DNA of 46,051 bases, counting the filler, from Sphacelaria rigidula (Eukaryota), in the NCBI GenBank assembly GCA_964200075.2. It is 2 parts of 2 records of this genome, joined end to end, with 100 filler letters (N's around TTAATTAATTAA, not from the genome) between each part and the next. Parts side by side here need not be neighbours in the genome. Positions count along the whole stretch, not along the records: positions 1 to 22,978 come from CAXNAA020000295.1; 1 more part is not named here. The stretch is one strand, 5' to 3'. Below the pieces are notes generated by a model. That model saw only the letters and a program-made list of their open reading frames with translations, was not told the origin of the DNA and made no database searches. Below are positions 1 through 13,594 of this stretch, piece after piece (positions within the stretch are counted from its first letter, which is position 1; each line of letters starts with the position of its first letter). Position numbers and translations under genes: made by a program.

Positions 1-72
1 ACGGGAAAGTCAATTGTTTCGGGTCTCACTCTGAATCCGACATTACACTCTGAATGTCACGAATATAGTGTT
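1..72. repeat. End of another copy of the 21648-22104 family, cut by the window edge
   Basis: Reverse complement of 21648-21719 with about 4 mismatches. Confidence 0.85.
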
Positions 73-99
73 GTATCACGATACCCGCCATCTGAATAC

Positions 100-134
<35 letters not shown>

Positions 135-1537
135 CCGCGTAATACGTTAGTGCGGTAAGGCGCCAATACGTTTTTTCGAATAATATATTGGTTGCCACAC
201 GAGGTCAACGTAATTTGGCGACTCAATATACTCAACACCCGAAGCCGCAATATGAATTGCCGCCCCAATATACCGTGCGTCAATGCGTCGAATACATATT
301 GGGCGAATGATACACGAGGGAACCGACCACCAGATATATAATTTGTAGTAAGATATGTTAATTGCTCAAGTTGCGTATTGGGATGTGCTAGGAATAGGTA
401 TGGTGGGGAATTTTGTGTTCGCAGGTGCCATTGAGAAATGTGTCGCCAGATGCCAAAAACTATACTTTAATTCCTTCGATCGCGAGCGGATAACTGTGCG
501 ATGAGCTTGCGCAATATATATCGGGAAATCGATATGGTTGCGTGGTTCGCACTCGAGGTATATTATCGCAACCATTTGTTATGCCTCGCTTTGACTCTTT
601 TTTTATTTTGTTGCACCTTGACCCCCCCCCCTTTCCTCGGGACGAGTCGATCTCAAGGGATCATCCCATCTCTCCCCCGGTACATGATATAATATACATA
701 TATTTCAATACATACACGGCCGATATGAACAGTAAATATATATATATATATATTTGTATATTGAACGTTTTGTTCCCGCAGCAAGTGCATGCCCAACATA
801 TACTGGCAGGCATTACTTCACGATCATAAACGAGAAATATGTATTGTCGCTGTAATACCCCTGAGGAGATCTCAACACAGCACGTATTTTGAGGACAATA
901 TTTGCGCTGTTTCCATCGAAAAATATTGGTACCGTATTGGAACATATTTTATTGTTGTCCAGGGTATGAACTTTCAGCACCGGTGACCAGAGGAGTACCA
1001 AAAGGCGCATATCGACCAGCGTTTCCTGTCACCGTACTGTTTGGCCAATATATACATGACATGTTGCGAAGGGAATGGGCGGCACCGCACGGTGGCCACA
1101 TAGGTACCGTTATATATATATATATACATATATATCTACGGGGTCACCTCTCGTGTCGCACCATAGTTTCCAGCTCAGAAAACATTCACGTATTGAATTA
1201 CATTAAATGAGAGATTCGTTGGACGGGATGATGTCCAGGACTAGGTAGTGTACAGTACTTGAATGATATAGTTGGATGAAAGATGTGCTCGGCATCGATG
1301 CGTCCGCCCATTCAGTGTGTATTGGGTGGGTGAGATATTGATGTTGTCGAACACGCTACCCCGACATCTATGCTGACCGAGCAATATGCATATGCGGCCC
1401 CGATATATTTTGACCGGGCAATAGGTTATCACCCAGACGACCCCAATGTATATTGACCAGGCAACATGTCGTTCCCTGTGCGACCCCAATATATATTGAT
1501 CGTGAAGTATGTCATTGCCCACACGGCCCCAATTAAT

Positions 1538-1797
1538 GAGTCATTCTACGATGGGAGCGGGGGGGGGAATGATTGCACGAAAAAATAAGCTTATAGGTGT
1601 GTCAGACAACCTGCCACACTCGCGGGGCGCTTGTGTTTGGTTAGAAACGGTGTCAAGCAGTATGAATGGGCGTTATGCGTATCTGTAACAAGCAACAAGC
1701 TCGTGAACAACCGTCGCTGCTTTCAACGACGATTTGACTTGGAGTTTCGTGCAAAAAGTGGCCCAAATCCCCCCCCCCCCCTATCGTAGGATGAATC
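1538..1797. mobile_element. MITE of the same family as 17094-17345, opposite orientation
   Basis: Ends GAGTCATTCTACGATGGG and CCCTATCGTAGGATGAATC; flanks TAAT/CAAT; shared subterminal TGGCCCAAA. Confidence 0.7.
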
Positions 1798-4700
1798 CAA
1801 TATATATATATATATATACCAGGTCTATCCATATTTTGATGGGACATTCTATGTGTAATTCCATGGTACCAGTGTTTATTGGGCGGGCAATATATGTGCA
1901 GTCCCACGACACCAGTATGTATCGGGGAGGCAATGAGCGTGCAGTTCCAGGGCACCACCAATTATCATGCCGTATTCCAATAGGATCGCCTCATATATAC
2001 ATATATATATATATAAATTGGAAACGTTTTATATTGTCCAGGTCGCGAAATATTTATCTGAGGTTCGAATTGTTAGAAGCCCCCCATCTCGTCCAACAAA
2101 CATCATGTGGAATATGTGAGAGCACGACAAGTTTAGTATTCCAATGGGCGAGGGTCATCCCGAATACGTTTGAAGAAAGGGAATGTCCTGACCTGTGATC
2201 TTGTGTTGCTCGTATCTTTGGGAGCTCGAATGAGAGGGACTGAGGCTCAAATATGCGACCCCTACCGTAGCATGAGTCTTTTTTCCGACAAGGATGAAAA
2301 CAATCTGAAGGAAAAGAAAGTCCCATCAATGCGGTCCCTTGATAAGACCCCTGAAAAAGACAACCCGTCAGACGTGAGAGCCACAGTCATCTGACGCACT
2401 GTTCTGTTTTAGCTTCTCTGTTTCCTCTTTTTTTCTTTTGCGAATGATTCACTTTTGTTCATCTTGGGTATATCTGTCATGTAACCACGGCTGGATCCCT
2501 GGGAGATCAGCTGAAGTGCGACGGTCAATCAAACATTCATGTCAGGCAATGGACCTTTTTCTTCGAGAAAAAAACAATAAACAGCTCTAGTTTTCAACGT
2601 CCTTAACTCATGAATATCATCTTTTTGTCTCGAGGTTTTCAATTACGCTCAAGGTTGAATATTCGGGTAGCTAATCAGCTGACGATGGCGAACTCAACTA
2701 TTGACTCCTCGTCTTTCAACACGGCTCTCAAACCTCCGTCGGAGCCATGAGACCCGGGGAGGGGGGAGGCGGGCAGGGGATTCAAATATCCGAACTGAGA
2801 GATGGAGTGTCGCTTGAATCGTCATGCGTTTCGAGGAAAGTGCTCTCGTCGTATGTGCTTATTTGACTTGTTGGAATGCATGGCAAGGCCGAGACAAATC
2901 CGGTTGTATCTTACGCTGTATCATGGCAGGACGGAGCGTATTTCGGCGCCTTCAAGTGCTCCGAGAATTATCTTGGCAAATCGCTGCCGGCACTGATCGC
3001 TAATCTCAAGGAGTCTCACCCGTTAATTCGCGAGTACATGCTTACCATCGCCCAAGAACGGATCAGTAGCTGCCAGACGGCTCTATCACACGCAACGGAC
3101 AACTTCTACAAAGACTTACGGATCAATGGTGAGACTGAGCCAGACTCCATGCACAATCGGCCCCGCATAGGGGGAAGATCCACTCTGCATTGGTAGGCAT
3201 CATGCCTCTCAGAGTGGCGCCATCCGCATCATCACGGTGTATACGTAGATTACATAGATGGTTACGGTAGGGTACGTACTCTGGGATGCCCTGAGGTTTC
3301 GGGATATTTGGTGTGTCCAGTAATCCCCGGTAGGCTGGGTGCGTCCTGCCGAGAAAACCGGGTACCTACCCCTCTGGGACTAAGAACTCGTACTCAGTGG
3401 TACACTTGCTTGGTAATTCAATTATCTAGGGTATCGACCGCCGAACGCACTGAGTACCCCCCGGTACCTCGATTATCCATCCTCACCACCGAAACTTGTT
3501 GTCGAGAGACCCAGAGGATCCCATTCTAGTCCTAAGTACTCTCGGTACCTGGGGTTTTTGCTGCGAGAACACTCAATGAACCCTCGTGAATACGCAGGGT
3601 GTTGACACCCCAAATACGCAGATGTCTAGGCTAAATACCCGACACGGGACGACAACCTGTAATGGATACCTGGGTGACAGCAGCGACGAGTGTCTTTGCT
3701 GGCTCTTGTTATTCATGTAGTAACAAGTCGCCTGGTTTATTTTTGCGAGTTTAACGTGAACAACGGTGGTCAAACAGTCTCGCCGACGGCACGTGCTCCG
3801 AGGTACCATGGAATTTCGGGGTATCTGGAGTACCCAGTTTCCGGTGTACGCAGGATGTCGACTTCCGGAAGTACTGAATGCCCCCCGGTATCTCGGGCAC
3901 CCGCCCGTCGAAACACCCGGTGTGCTACACAGGATAGTGAGTCAAGCATCAATTTCTTCGGACACCCGTGGTACAGGACACCGAAAGTACTGCGCATGCT
4001 TCGGTATCTCGGAAGCCCGCCTGCCGAAACGTGGTGCGATACCCAGAGTGCTGGGTGCCAGTACTGAGCACTATGGGTGCTCAGATTATCGACTGCAGAG
4101 AGTAAGTACTCAGTGTTCCGTGGTACGCACGGTGTCGAATGTCGGGAAAACGAGAATTTCGGGGCACCCAAGGTATCAACAGCCCAGCGTACTAAGCATT
4201 CTGGAGTACTCAGGATATCTACAATCAGGAGCCCCCGCTGTGTACCCTCCCTCACTTAGCCTACCTCACGTACCGTCGGGAAATTTTGTAAAGGTAATGG
4301 GAATCCGGTGGCTGGCCTCGTGCTACTCTTCGCGCGTGCCGTCGCGCTTTGCCTCGTCGACGAGGCGACGGACGTCCAAGCCGTACATATAATGACGGAC
4401 CTCAGCAACGACCGGCCAAAAGAGAAAGTCCATAGAGCGTCGTCAGGAGGACACACATTGCTGCCCCAAATGCTTCACGTCACGAAATCGAGTTGCTGTA
4501 CGCACCAAAGCAAGAGGAAAAGAGGCACTTCATGTGTACATGTCTTTGTCTATGGGGTTGAAAGAATTTCGGCTGGCCGAAGAGTATTGGTAAGCGGATA
4601 ACACCATCCACGATCATCACAGCACACAGGACACCTTAGGTGCTGCTCGAGGACAAAAGCCCCACAGGACGCAGCTTGTACCAGACTCCTATAGGCATTG

Positions 4701-7657
4701 ACAAGTTCACGTCGATTTGTCTCATATTTGCAGATCAGTTCACGATCCCATCATACATATGCAGAGCCTGTCGGATCCGCCTGTTGTGTTCGCCGTGTTG
4801 CACCTCGTTGCAGTACTTCCAGCATCAGCGTGAGCATCAGCTTTCCGGTGAACCATTGATATCATACGCTATTATCATCGCACACATTTCTGCACGCTTT
4901 CCCCCGTCATCAGGTCTGGGAAGGTACTCCAGAGTATACGACACCTTCTTGCAGCACACGTACGCCTTCATGCTGGAGTTCATTTTTGGTCTTGGGGAAG
5001 AGGATGGCCATCCCCTTCCCCCATTCGAGGACTTCAGGACGGTTAATCCTCACGACTTCGCCGTGTGAGCACTTCTCTAATATGATTTCAAACTATGTCC
5101 ACTTCGACCGAGCGATGATGCTGCTGAACTTGCAGTAGTGTGTCACGTCCTGCAACTCAACTCGACAGTAGGCTGGTTGATGACATGCTGAAGCATCCTT
5201 TCAGGGACGTTCATGTAGCAACCAGGCATCATGTAACAGGCGAGTGGATAAAAACGCTTATCGATCAAGGCCCGTGTCGCTTGTCTCAGCGTTCACATAG
5301 ACGAAGAACGAATAGGTGCGAAGGTGGACGGAGTATTCTTACGTCTCAACTCACGATCAAGCCTTTCGTTGAAATCAGTCGAGGGTTGTGAAATCATTTG
5401 ATCGTCACATAAGCTCATAGCGCGATGGGTCATGGCGATAAGAACACTCGCAGACCCGTAAAAGACAGTGAACTTTACAGCAGGTAGCACGCGCACACGT
5501 TTGTTCGAGACTGAATCATGCTACTGCGAGGATCGTTGATACGTTTTTGCCCATGGGTGATCTATGCCGTGCGAGTCGTGAAGACTCGCTTACTTGGTCT
5601 AAGTAATTCGTGTCATGCTAGACGTTGGCGCACGTGCGTCCAAGCATGCTCCGCTCGACTCTGATCAAAGAGAGACTACTTTGCTCTGAATGTCGAAAAC
5701 TGATCCCTGCACAAGAAGTCACGAAGAGATCACACCAGGACAAGGGCTGAGATGGATTATGCCATAAAATCGTTATTGTCAATATTGGAAACAGGTTGAT
5801 AAAGCTGGATGTCGACAGGCCCATCGCCAACGCGGTTGCCCAGCTGGCACAGTCTGGTTTAGGTACGTTTTTGTATCGTTCACGTTTGTAGGTACTGAGT
5901 ATTGTAAGTATATTTGCGAGCTTAATCCAAAATTTCCCATCAGTATCTGAATCAAGACAACCACAATGGGTATACGGCCCTTGGAAGCGATAATATCACG
6001 CAAAACACTCATCGGCACGCCGGGAGAGACAACTCCCACAGACCGCATGTTTGGGTGATTATTTGGGGTCTTTGGTGCGTATTGATCGCCACAAACAATC
6101 CCACTCTTAGGCGGAGGCATTACCAAGAATCAGAAGGCGTCCGTCGACGTGGTGCTTGACTCCATACGATCTTCCAAGATGTGGCCAAGGTTCACTGAAG
6201 TTCTGGAGGAAATGAAGGTACTGGAGTGTTTTCCACGGTCAACTCTCATTTATTGCACATGATTGCAGTCAAGGTTGTCGCGAGGACAGACGCCGGAAGC
6301 GTAGGTAGTGCGTCTTCCCCCGCGTTCCCCTCCATATAGGGCAGGTTCCGCCAGGTGCAACACAGGCGAAAAACATCGAGGAAACGTTATTCAGTTAACG
6401 CGAATCAGTCGCCGGAAACATGCGTATATCATCGATCTAGTCGCTACCTGTCAATCAAGTCCCTAGCAACGCATCCTGTTGCATGACCGTGCAATCTGTA
6501 TGTGTGATATAGATGGCCACCTGGGATATCCATTTTGGACGTGGATATTTATCTGGTATATTGAAAAGGAATGTTCCATCGGAAGTATCCATCTAAGATG
6601 TTGGCGTCCATGTAGAATATTCGTCTCTGGTATATCGCACCTTCCGGGATACGTATCTGGAATTGAGGTTCATCTAGGACACCTGAGACCCGGATGAACG
6701 TGTGCTGAGATCTCCACTAGAGGTGCCAGATCGATAGGAGACGAGATCCGTCTTGGACAATGACGATGCCATCGAGTTGGTACATACACCTGGGACATGG
6801 GCGTCAAACTGACATATCAGAGAGAAATCATTTCCCCGTTATCTACCTCCAAGTAGTACGTACCACGTACCTTCAACTACTCACTAAACCTTCGGCGTGA
6901 AGCCCAAGAGCGGAGACGAGGACAGTCAGAACAAGGATCTGGTTGAAGCTAGCGACAGGTATTGAACCCTGACCCGCATGGACGTCCACAGCACACCTCA
7001 TGATCCGAGGTATGGGCGGCAGGTCAGGAGGCTGTTGGCGGTGGATATCCACTTCCCATGCGGGTGACCTCTATTCTAAAGTGATACCGGTATCGATCAG
7101 GGCCAAGCGCCCGTCGACATCAGGTTCCAGAAACAGGCGATTACATGTGTCCGATTGATTGCTTACTCGCCGGCGTTCCCAAACGATTGTACAATCGCTC
7201 CCCGAAGCACGTGAGTGAACAATCGACTTCACAGTCGAGTGTGTGACCGCGTGCTTCTAGGAGCGAGTATGTGATGATGCGCCGATGGATTGTACAACCA
7301 TGTGGAGTTGAGACCAATTGTACGGTCGACTGTGTTTGGGGCCGATTGCACAATCAATTTCACGTTCGATTGTACGATCGTTGACTGGGCACCGATTTTA
7401 CAATCGTGTTTTATTGCGACCGGCTGAACAATCGCCTGCCGTTTGGGCGAAATGAAGAGGGGTGGTTGGCCAATCAATTGTGCAATCTATATATATATAT
7501 ATATGTGTGTGTATTCCTCACACTTTGAACCCCTCCCCTTCCTCAGGATGAGTCCGTGGTCTCAAGGGTTCAACCCATCTCTCCCCCGGTACGTGCCCTT
7601 CATTTTGATCTCGCGGATTGGATCAGTACTCCCGCACCGCGTTAACTCACGTCACAC

Positions 7658-7806
7658 AAAACCAGTCGACTACTTGCGTTTACTCACGTTCTCACGCTTC
7701 CCACGGTGGAAATCATACATTACGAAGAAAAACCCAACGCATCGGGAATCGAACCCTCGTTCTGTCCACCCTAATGGCGAAAGTCGGACCACTACATCAC
7801 CGGGGC
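7658..7806 (-). mobile_element. tRNA-headed SINE-like repeat, copy 1
   Basis: Reverse complement of 22832-22978; A-box-like TGATGTAGTGG and B-box GGTTCGATTCC. Confidence 0.65.
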
Positions 7807-9376
7807 GCGGCGGCAAATATTAGGACCAACTATGTTTGAGTTTCACGGTGATCATTGATTCATTCAGTCAGTGCTGACCGAGTGGATCAGTGATCACTGT
7901 GGAACCTCAAGAGAAGTTAATCACGGTGTCCACCCAAGCTGTTAAGCCTATGGATCGTACTCCTGTTTCACGCCTGGATTCGTTGTCCTTGTTCCGACCT
8001 TGCGCATCTTCGCCGGATCACCGCGGTGTGCTCTTGTACATTCCTTCTGTCATGAAGAAAGCGGCTAAAAACGATCGCTGCCTGAGTGCCTCAGTGATAA
8101 TTGTGGAACCCGTAGTCCCGCGGTTCGGTTCTCCTCGTGGTTGTATTTGGCCGATTCCCTCATGATTACAGAAGAACACACCGTGGTACCCCGGTCCAAA
8201 CACGACAGAAGGCCAGAGTAAGCCCAATGAACCCTACATGGCAGCAGAATCGAAACCAGGGACGACGTCCGTGGGGCGAAACCGGGGTTCGATCTATAGG
8301 TGAAACAGCTTGGAGGGAACCCGGGATGACTTTTTGTTATGATGTCACAATCATCACTGATATTGATGCCATATTTATCCACCATACGGTCATATGTTGA
8401 GCCGGCGATCTTCCGTACCCTCGCGGCTGTTCCGGCTGCATCGTACCCTCTATCCGTACAGACGCCACGTCTTTGTATGGGTGTTCTGCTTTTTCGTACC
8501 ACAGTCGTGTGTGACAACGGAGCACCTCGAAAGCTTAGAAACAAAAGAAAATATAACACGGCAACCGCATTACACAAGTCTGTGGACACGTAGTCGGCAA
8601 TACGACTGCGTACCTATGTGACACCCACATGAAGGCATTTCATTGTCGGGTTCACGATATCATCCTTGTTCTATGATATTTCCCGACTGCAAGATCTAGT
8701 GCGACTGTTTTCCAAGGAAGATGGCGACTCGTGATGATGCGGTCCTGAGAGCCGACCTTGAACAAGACGGGATTTTGCAAATTGCGGGTGGATTTGTTTC
8801 GAGGATGAGCCTTGGGAACCTTCATAAGCATCGGAATATTTTAGAAAAAAAAGTACGAATGCACTCTACGGCTGTAATGTGTAGTCTACCTCATCCCCCG
8901 CAAAAATCTAACCGCAAGTTTTGAAATTCTATGTTATCAGGTGATTCTGAAGAATAGAAACGAACATTTGGTACGGGAATGGACAGAGGTCGATATTATT
9001 CGGAGTAAACGCTAGGTTTTATAAGTTGCGAACGTTTTTTTTCTAGATGAATAAGGCCACACGCCACGACCGGAGCGTGCATTTGCATATTGTGTTGAAA
9101 ACGTTCGGTGATTATGAATGTTCCCAATGCTCATTCGCAAAACAATATTCATTTACATTGTGTTCAATCTTGAGCTGGAGCAGGTTATTTCCGAGCCTAT
9201 AACCTGGTGAAGACCGACGATTTATATTCCAACGCATTGTCCCTCCATCATGTGGATACTTCGTCAGCACCTGCCAACAGCTCCTCATCCCCACAGCGTC
9301 GAGCGGAAGTGACCATTGATGAAAAACAATTTATTCGCTGTAAGTCGAAGCCTAAGAACGCTTGCGCCCACGGGGA

Positions 9377-9407
<31 letters not shown>

Positions 9408-11524
9408 ACACACGAAACCCTCTACAACCCAAAACCGTTGTGGGCGTCCTCCGGTATGTCATTCGCCGTGTCGACCATTCGCGGCCGGATAACGCTTACT
9501 ACAAGCACGTAATCTGAATCAGAAAACCGCCCACGACCTATCTCAAGTAGCTGCACCTTGCACTTCAAGGGGTTCCAGACACCCCCGGGGAGACATCGTT
9601 CTATCTATCCTCTCCCCTGCACGTGCATTGTCGTCAGGGTCCATGACATGCGGGTGGTGACGGCCCTGAAAATACGGAAGGCATCGCTCGAACATGTCTA
9701 CCCCACCCTACCGCTTTGTGACCTCTCCCTCCCCCACCCCTTCGTCCAGGGAAGGGAATCAACGCATCCCCTCCCTGAATATTTTCAGGGATGCAGGGGG
9801 TGTTATCCGACGTGTCAACCCTTCGCGGCCGGGCACTGAGGACTTTGAACATGTGACCGATACTTCTTGGAAACGTATGGCCTACCCCAGCTACTGAAGC
9901 CTCCAATTTGCCCTAATTGGACTACGGGCACCCCAGGAAGGAGATCGTTCCATCACCTCCCTAAGAACTCGCAGGGGTTCGCGTCTACCATCAGGGTCTG
10001 CGACATGCGATTGGAGATGTCTCTGAACACTCGAGGGGTATCACTAGAACGAACACATCCTACAAGCTAAAGTGCCTGACAATCCTATAATAGATAGTGT
10101 GATTTGGACGTTTCTGCAGATGTGCGGGTTGCATGCGTACTCTTGAACACGTGTACTTCTCTTGAACACGTATACTTGATGCTGAGAGGACGTTCACGCT
10201 CAAGTGGTCGTATTTGCGCTGCGAGCAAGTGGTTCGCTAGTAAAGAAAATACAATTTGGACTATTTTGCTCCCTTTTTTATTTCATTTTCAGAATGATGG
10301 TGATTTTCCGTTTTAGGAATTTCAATTGCTGTACATGGCACATTCGGATCCCACACACCAACAAACATACGCACTCGACACAAACCACACTCCTCAACGC
10401 GTCAGTTCTTGTCCACCAATCTTTGAACATGCTCGAAGCGTGCATTTTTGCCGCGCGGTGAGCATTGGGAATGCATTCGTACAGCACCATCTGCTGGTAC
10501 ACAGCTTCAGGGGAAATGTCGCGGAAACAATGATCTCCAGCATTGATTGATATTTAGCGCCAAAAGAATAATCAAATGCCATGGAATTCGTATTGCAAAT
10601 TCGCTGGTGACCGCATGTTCACGTCATGTTCAACAATCTTGAAGGGCCAAAAGTAAGCAGTTCTACAAACGAGAAAGCCACATTCTCGCGATTTTCGAGG
10701 TAAAAAAACAGGAAACGCATTGCGGAAGAGCCCGAAAATGGTGGGTGATGCATACAAACATATTCAAACTTTGCACGGTTGGGAGGACTACAATCGTGAT
10801 TCAACTCATATTCGTCATTCCGACGAATAAATCATACGATTCGTACATCATTTATAATTTATACAGCTTTTCAGCTGGTGCGTCGTGCAGTACATGTCAA
10901 AGGTACCTGTGTCCAACCTTCCGTGAACACCGGGGTAGATAGTGGGCCCATAGTCATCCCCTGCACTGCAATTTGAATGAATCGATTGTACATGCAACGC
11001 ACTTCGTGCCATCATGAGGGGGGAACGTCATATACAACTTGCTTGACCGAGTCGTCCGAGGTGAGCGCCCGTACATTTTTCCCACCTTCGGGTTAACGCG
11101 GGACCAACAATTTATACAGGTTGAATCTTGTCGTTTCATGAGGAGTTAACTCGTTTAACTCTGATTCGTCTTGACCGTGAAATGTGGGTCGAGTTGCATT
11201 TGGGCACGGTGTACATCGTAGCGTAGGAGGCGAAGAAATGACGATTCCCAGGATTCGTCCCTGCTGTATTATCAGGATTCATATCTACTTTCTGGCCTGC
11301 AACGTGCGAATAGCGAGAACCTTGGACCTTCTAGGTTTTGTTCTAGGTTTTGTTCTGGGATGATTGACTTGTGAACTCGAGGGGAAATTGAAAAATATCC
11401 CCCAACCCAGGTATTTGACCAATGCATGCCCAGCATCCCCCCAACATCACCAGCAAACCCCAAACATCATCACGCACGGTTTTCTTACCGTTTTGGCTCG
11501 ATACACACCAATGGCGATGCATCT

Positions 11525-11785
11525 TATAGACTTCTGCCACTCGAGATCAGATCGCCATGTGGACTCCTCCCCTCACGGGCACATGGACTTCAGCAGCTTC
11601 AGTTATTCATGTATTAACCCTCAGCATAGTACAGGAGAACAGGACCATAGCCTCTCTCCACCAGAGTAGCAAAACCAAGCGCACTCGTCATGGAGGTCAC
11701 CTATCACAGAGTCCGGCAATCAGACCCGCAACTCCACGTACATAATGTCCCTAACATTGGGTAACACTGGTGGCTGGAGTCTACA
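11525..11785 (-). repeat. 3' LTR
   Basis: Direct repeat of 15492-15752; plus-strand ends TATAGACT...AGTCTACA. Confidence 0.88.
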
Positions 11786-13594
11786 GCACCCCCGAAGCTC
11801 TCTACTACCAACAAGTGGTTACATCAGAGCTTGATAAACTTAGACATCATTGGTGCCTGATAGTACCGTCGTTTTCCGCAAAGAATAGCAATCTCTTCCG
11901 CTGCTTTCGACAACAGCTCCATACAAGCTTGCCCCACTTCCGAACAACTCGCACGAGATCCCAAGAAAACATCGTCCATCCTGAACATGTAATCACGTAC
12001 TTGCACCACTTCGAGTAACAAATCGATGGCTGGGGCCAAATTCTCAAATCTTCGCCCAAAAGAAGTCTCTTGACTCTACATCGGCACGAAACCGGAAATG
12101 CCAGCGAACGTCAAATTCCACAGCATTCGTGACTCATCGTCTCTTTCATCCGAGACAAGGTACTTCATATCATACAAAATGCACTCTTTGTACGTTCAAC
12201 ATCTGCGCAACGGAGTGCAACAGCCGAATGATACATCATCCTCACGCTAGAAGGAAATAAGCAACCCAACACGTCTAAAACGCACCTGGCCTCTTGCTCC
12301 TGCAACACCGTAAAAACGTATGCATCGCATGCCTCCGCACCGTCAAAGGTTCAATGCTTCAATTTGCCATCGTTTCATTATGACAATCGAAGGAAAGCCA
12401 TGACTCAGACCGTTATTCAAGTCATGCATACTAATCCAACGACGGCGAACGGACCTCGACATCCGCCATCATTGATCATCCCTCGTGATCTCGTTTTCGA
12501 ACTCTTGTTTTCGAGCAAATCCCAGATATATCTATATCTCGTTTGGATCTTGGATCGTCATATCCCATCCGTGCATCAGCCAAAATGTAGAAATAATGAG
12601 TTCCTTGACACTCTTGCAGTCCACCTGCACCACTTGTTCGAATAAATGGACGCATCATCCACATGCTCCTTCTGACATGAGCGAAAAACAAACCACGCGC
12701 TCGTTCAAACACGTGGCAATCCATACAAAAACACGCCACGGTCAAAGATCATTGATGCAGGCGCGCATAATGTCTTTATCTTCAACCACCGGAAGCACTC
12801 GCGTCATATCTGCTCACATGCGAACGAGCCTACGCATTTCGTATCTTTCAGCTCATTTTTTCGCCAACAGGAGCAATCCATATATCCTGCAGTCAGTACG
12901 TGCAAACCGCACAAATATGATTCGACTGTGTTCCAGCGCGGACAAGATTATACGAGCTTCTCTTCATTTAGCATAGAGCAGTATATTGAAAACTACCCCA
13001 CCCTAGGTCGTCACCCGATACAATTCATATCAGTATCATTCGAGCAATCATTCGCATATGCCTGCCAAAATTCCACCCAGCATATGAAAATCCGCAAATG
13101 CATGCCAATAATCCACTCAGCACATGCAATGCCACCTTCCTCGCAGCAAACACCATGCATCGTCCGTGCCAACTAAATCAGCACACACACATGCCAAATA
13201 TCCACGTGTGCGCCAGAGTTTTCCCTTGCACACGCGATACGATCATACTCGCTCAACAACCATGTTGCATGCGCAAACATGACCACAAACCACACTGTAA
13301 TAAGCTGCAACCATTCTCGAAATTATTCGCGAATACCAGTCATGATGTGTTTCCTCATTCTCAACAAGCACTCAATAACCTCAGCACTTGCTCCTCAACA
13401 TCAGCACCCAACTCGGCGCTCACCACAACAGCAAACACCTCAGGTTATGCCTTCTTTGTAGTCCCCCAGCCCGCTCCTGAGAAACAGCAGCACTCGAACC
13501 ACAACCTCGTGCACAGCGTGGAGCAGCTTTTCCACTCGAACACTCGCTCCTCGCGCCATGAGTCCAGCTACAGCTCCCACTCTCGTGGAGCCGC

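Noticed and set aside
7150..7490. CRISPR-like palindromic repeats
   Set aside because: Repeats are short and degenerate, linkers only 10-15 nt, no cas genes, eukaryotic context.
12640..12670. HVDD as a Copia RT catalytic motif (minus strand)
   Set aside because: No other RT motifs nearby; likely chance.
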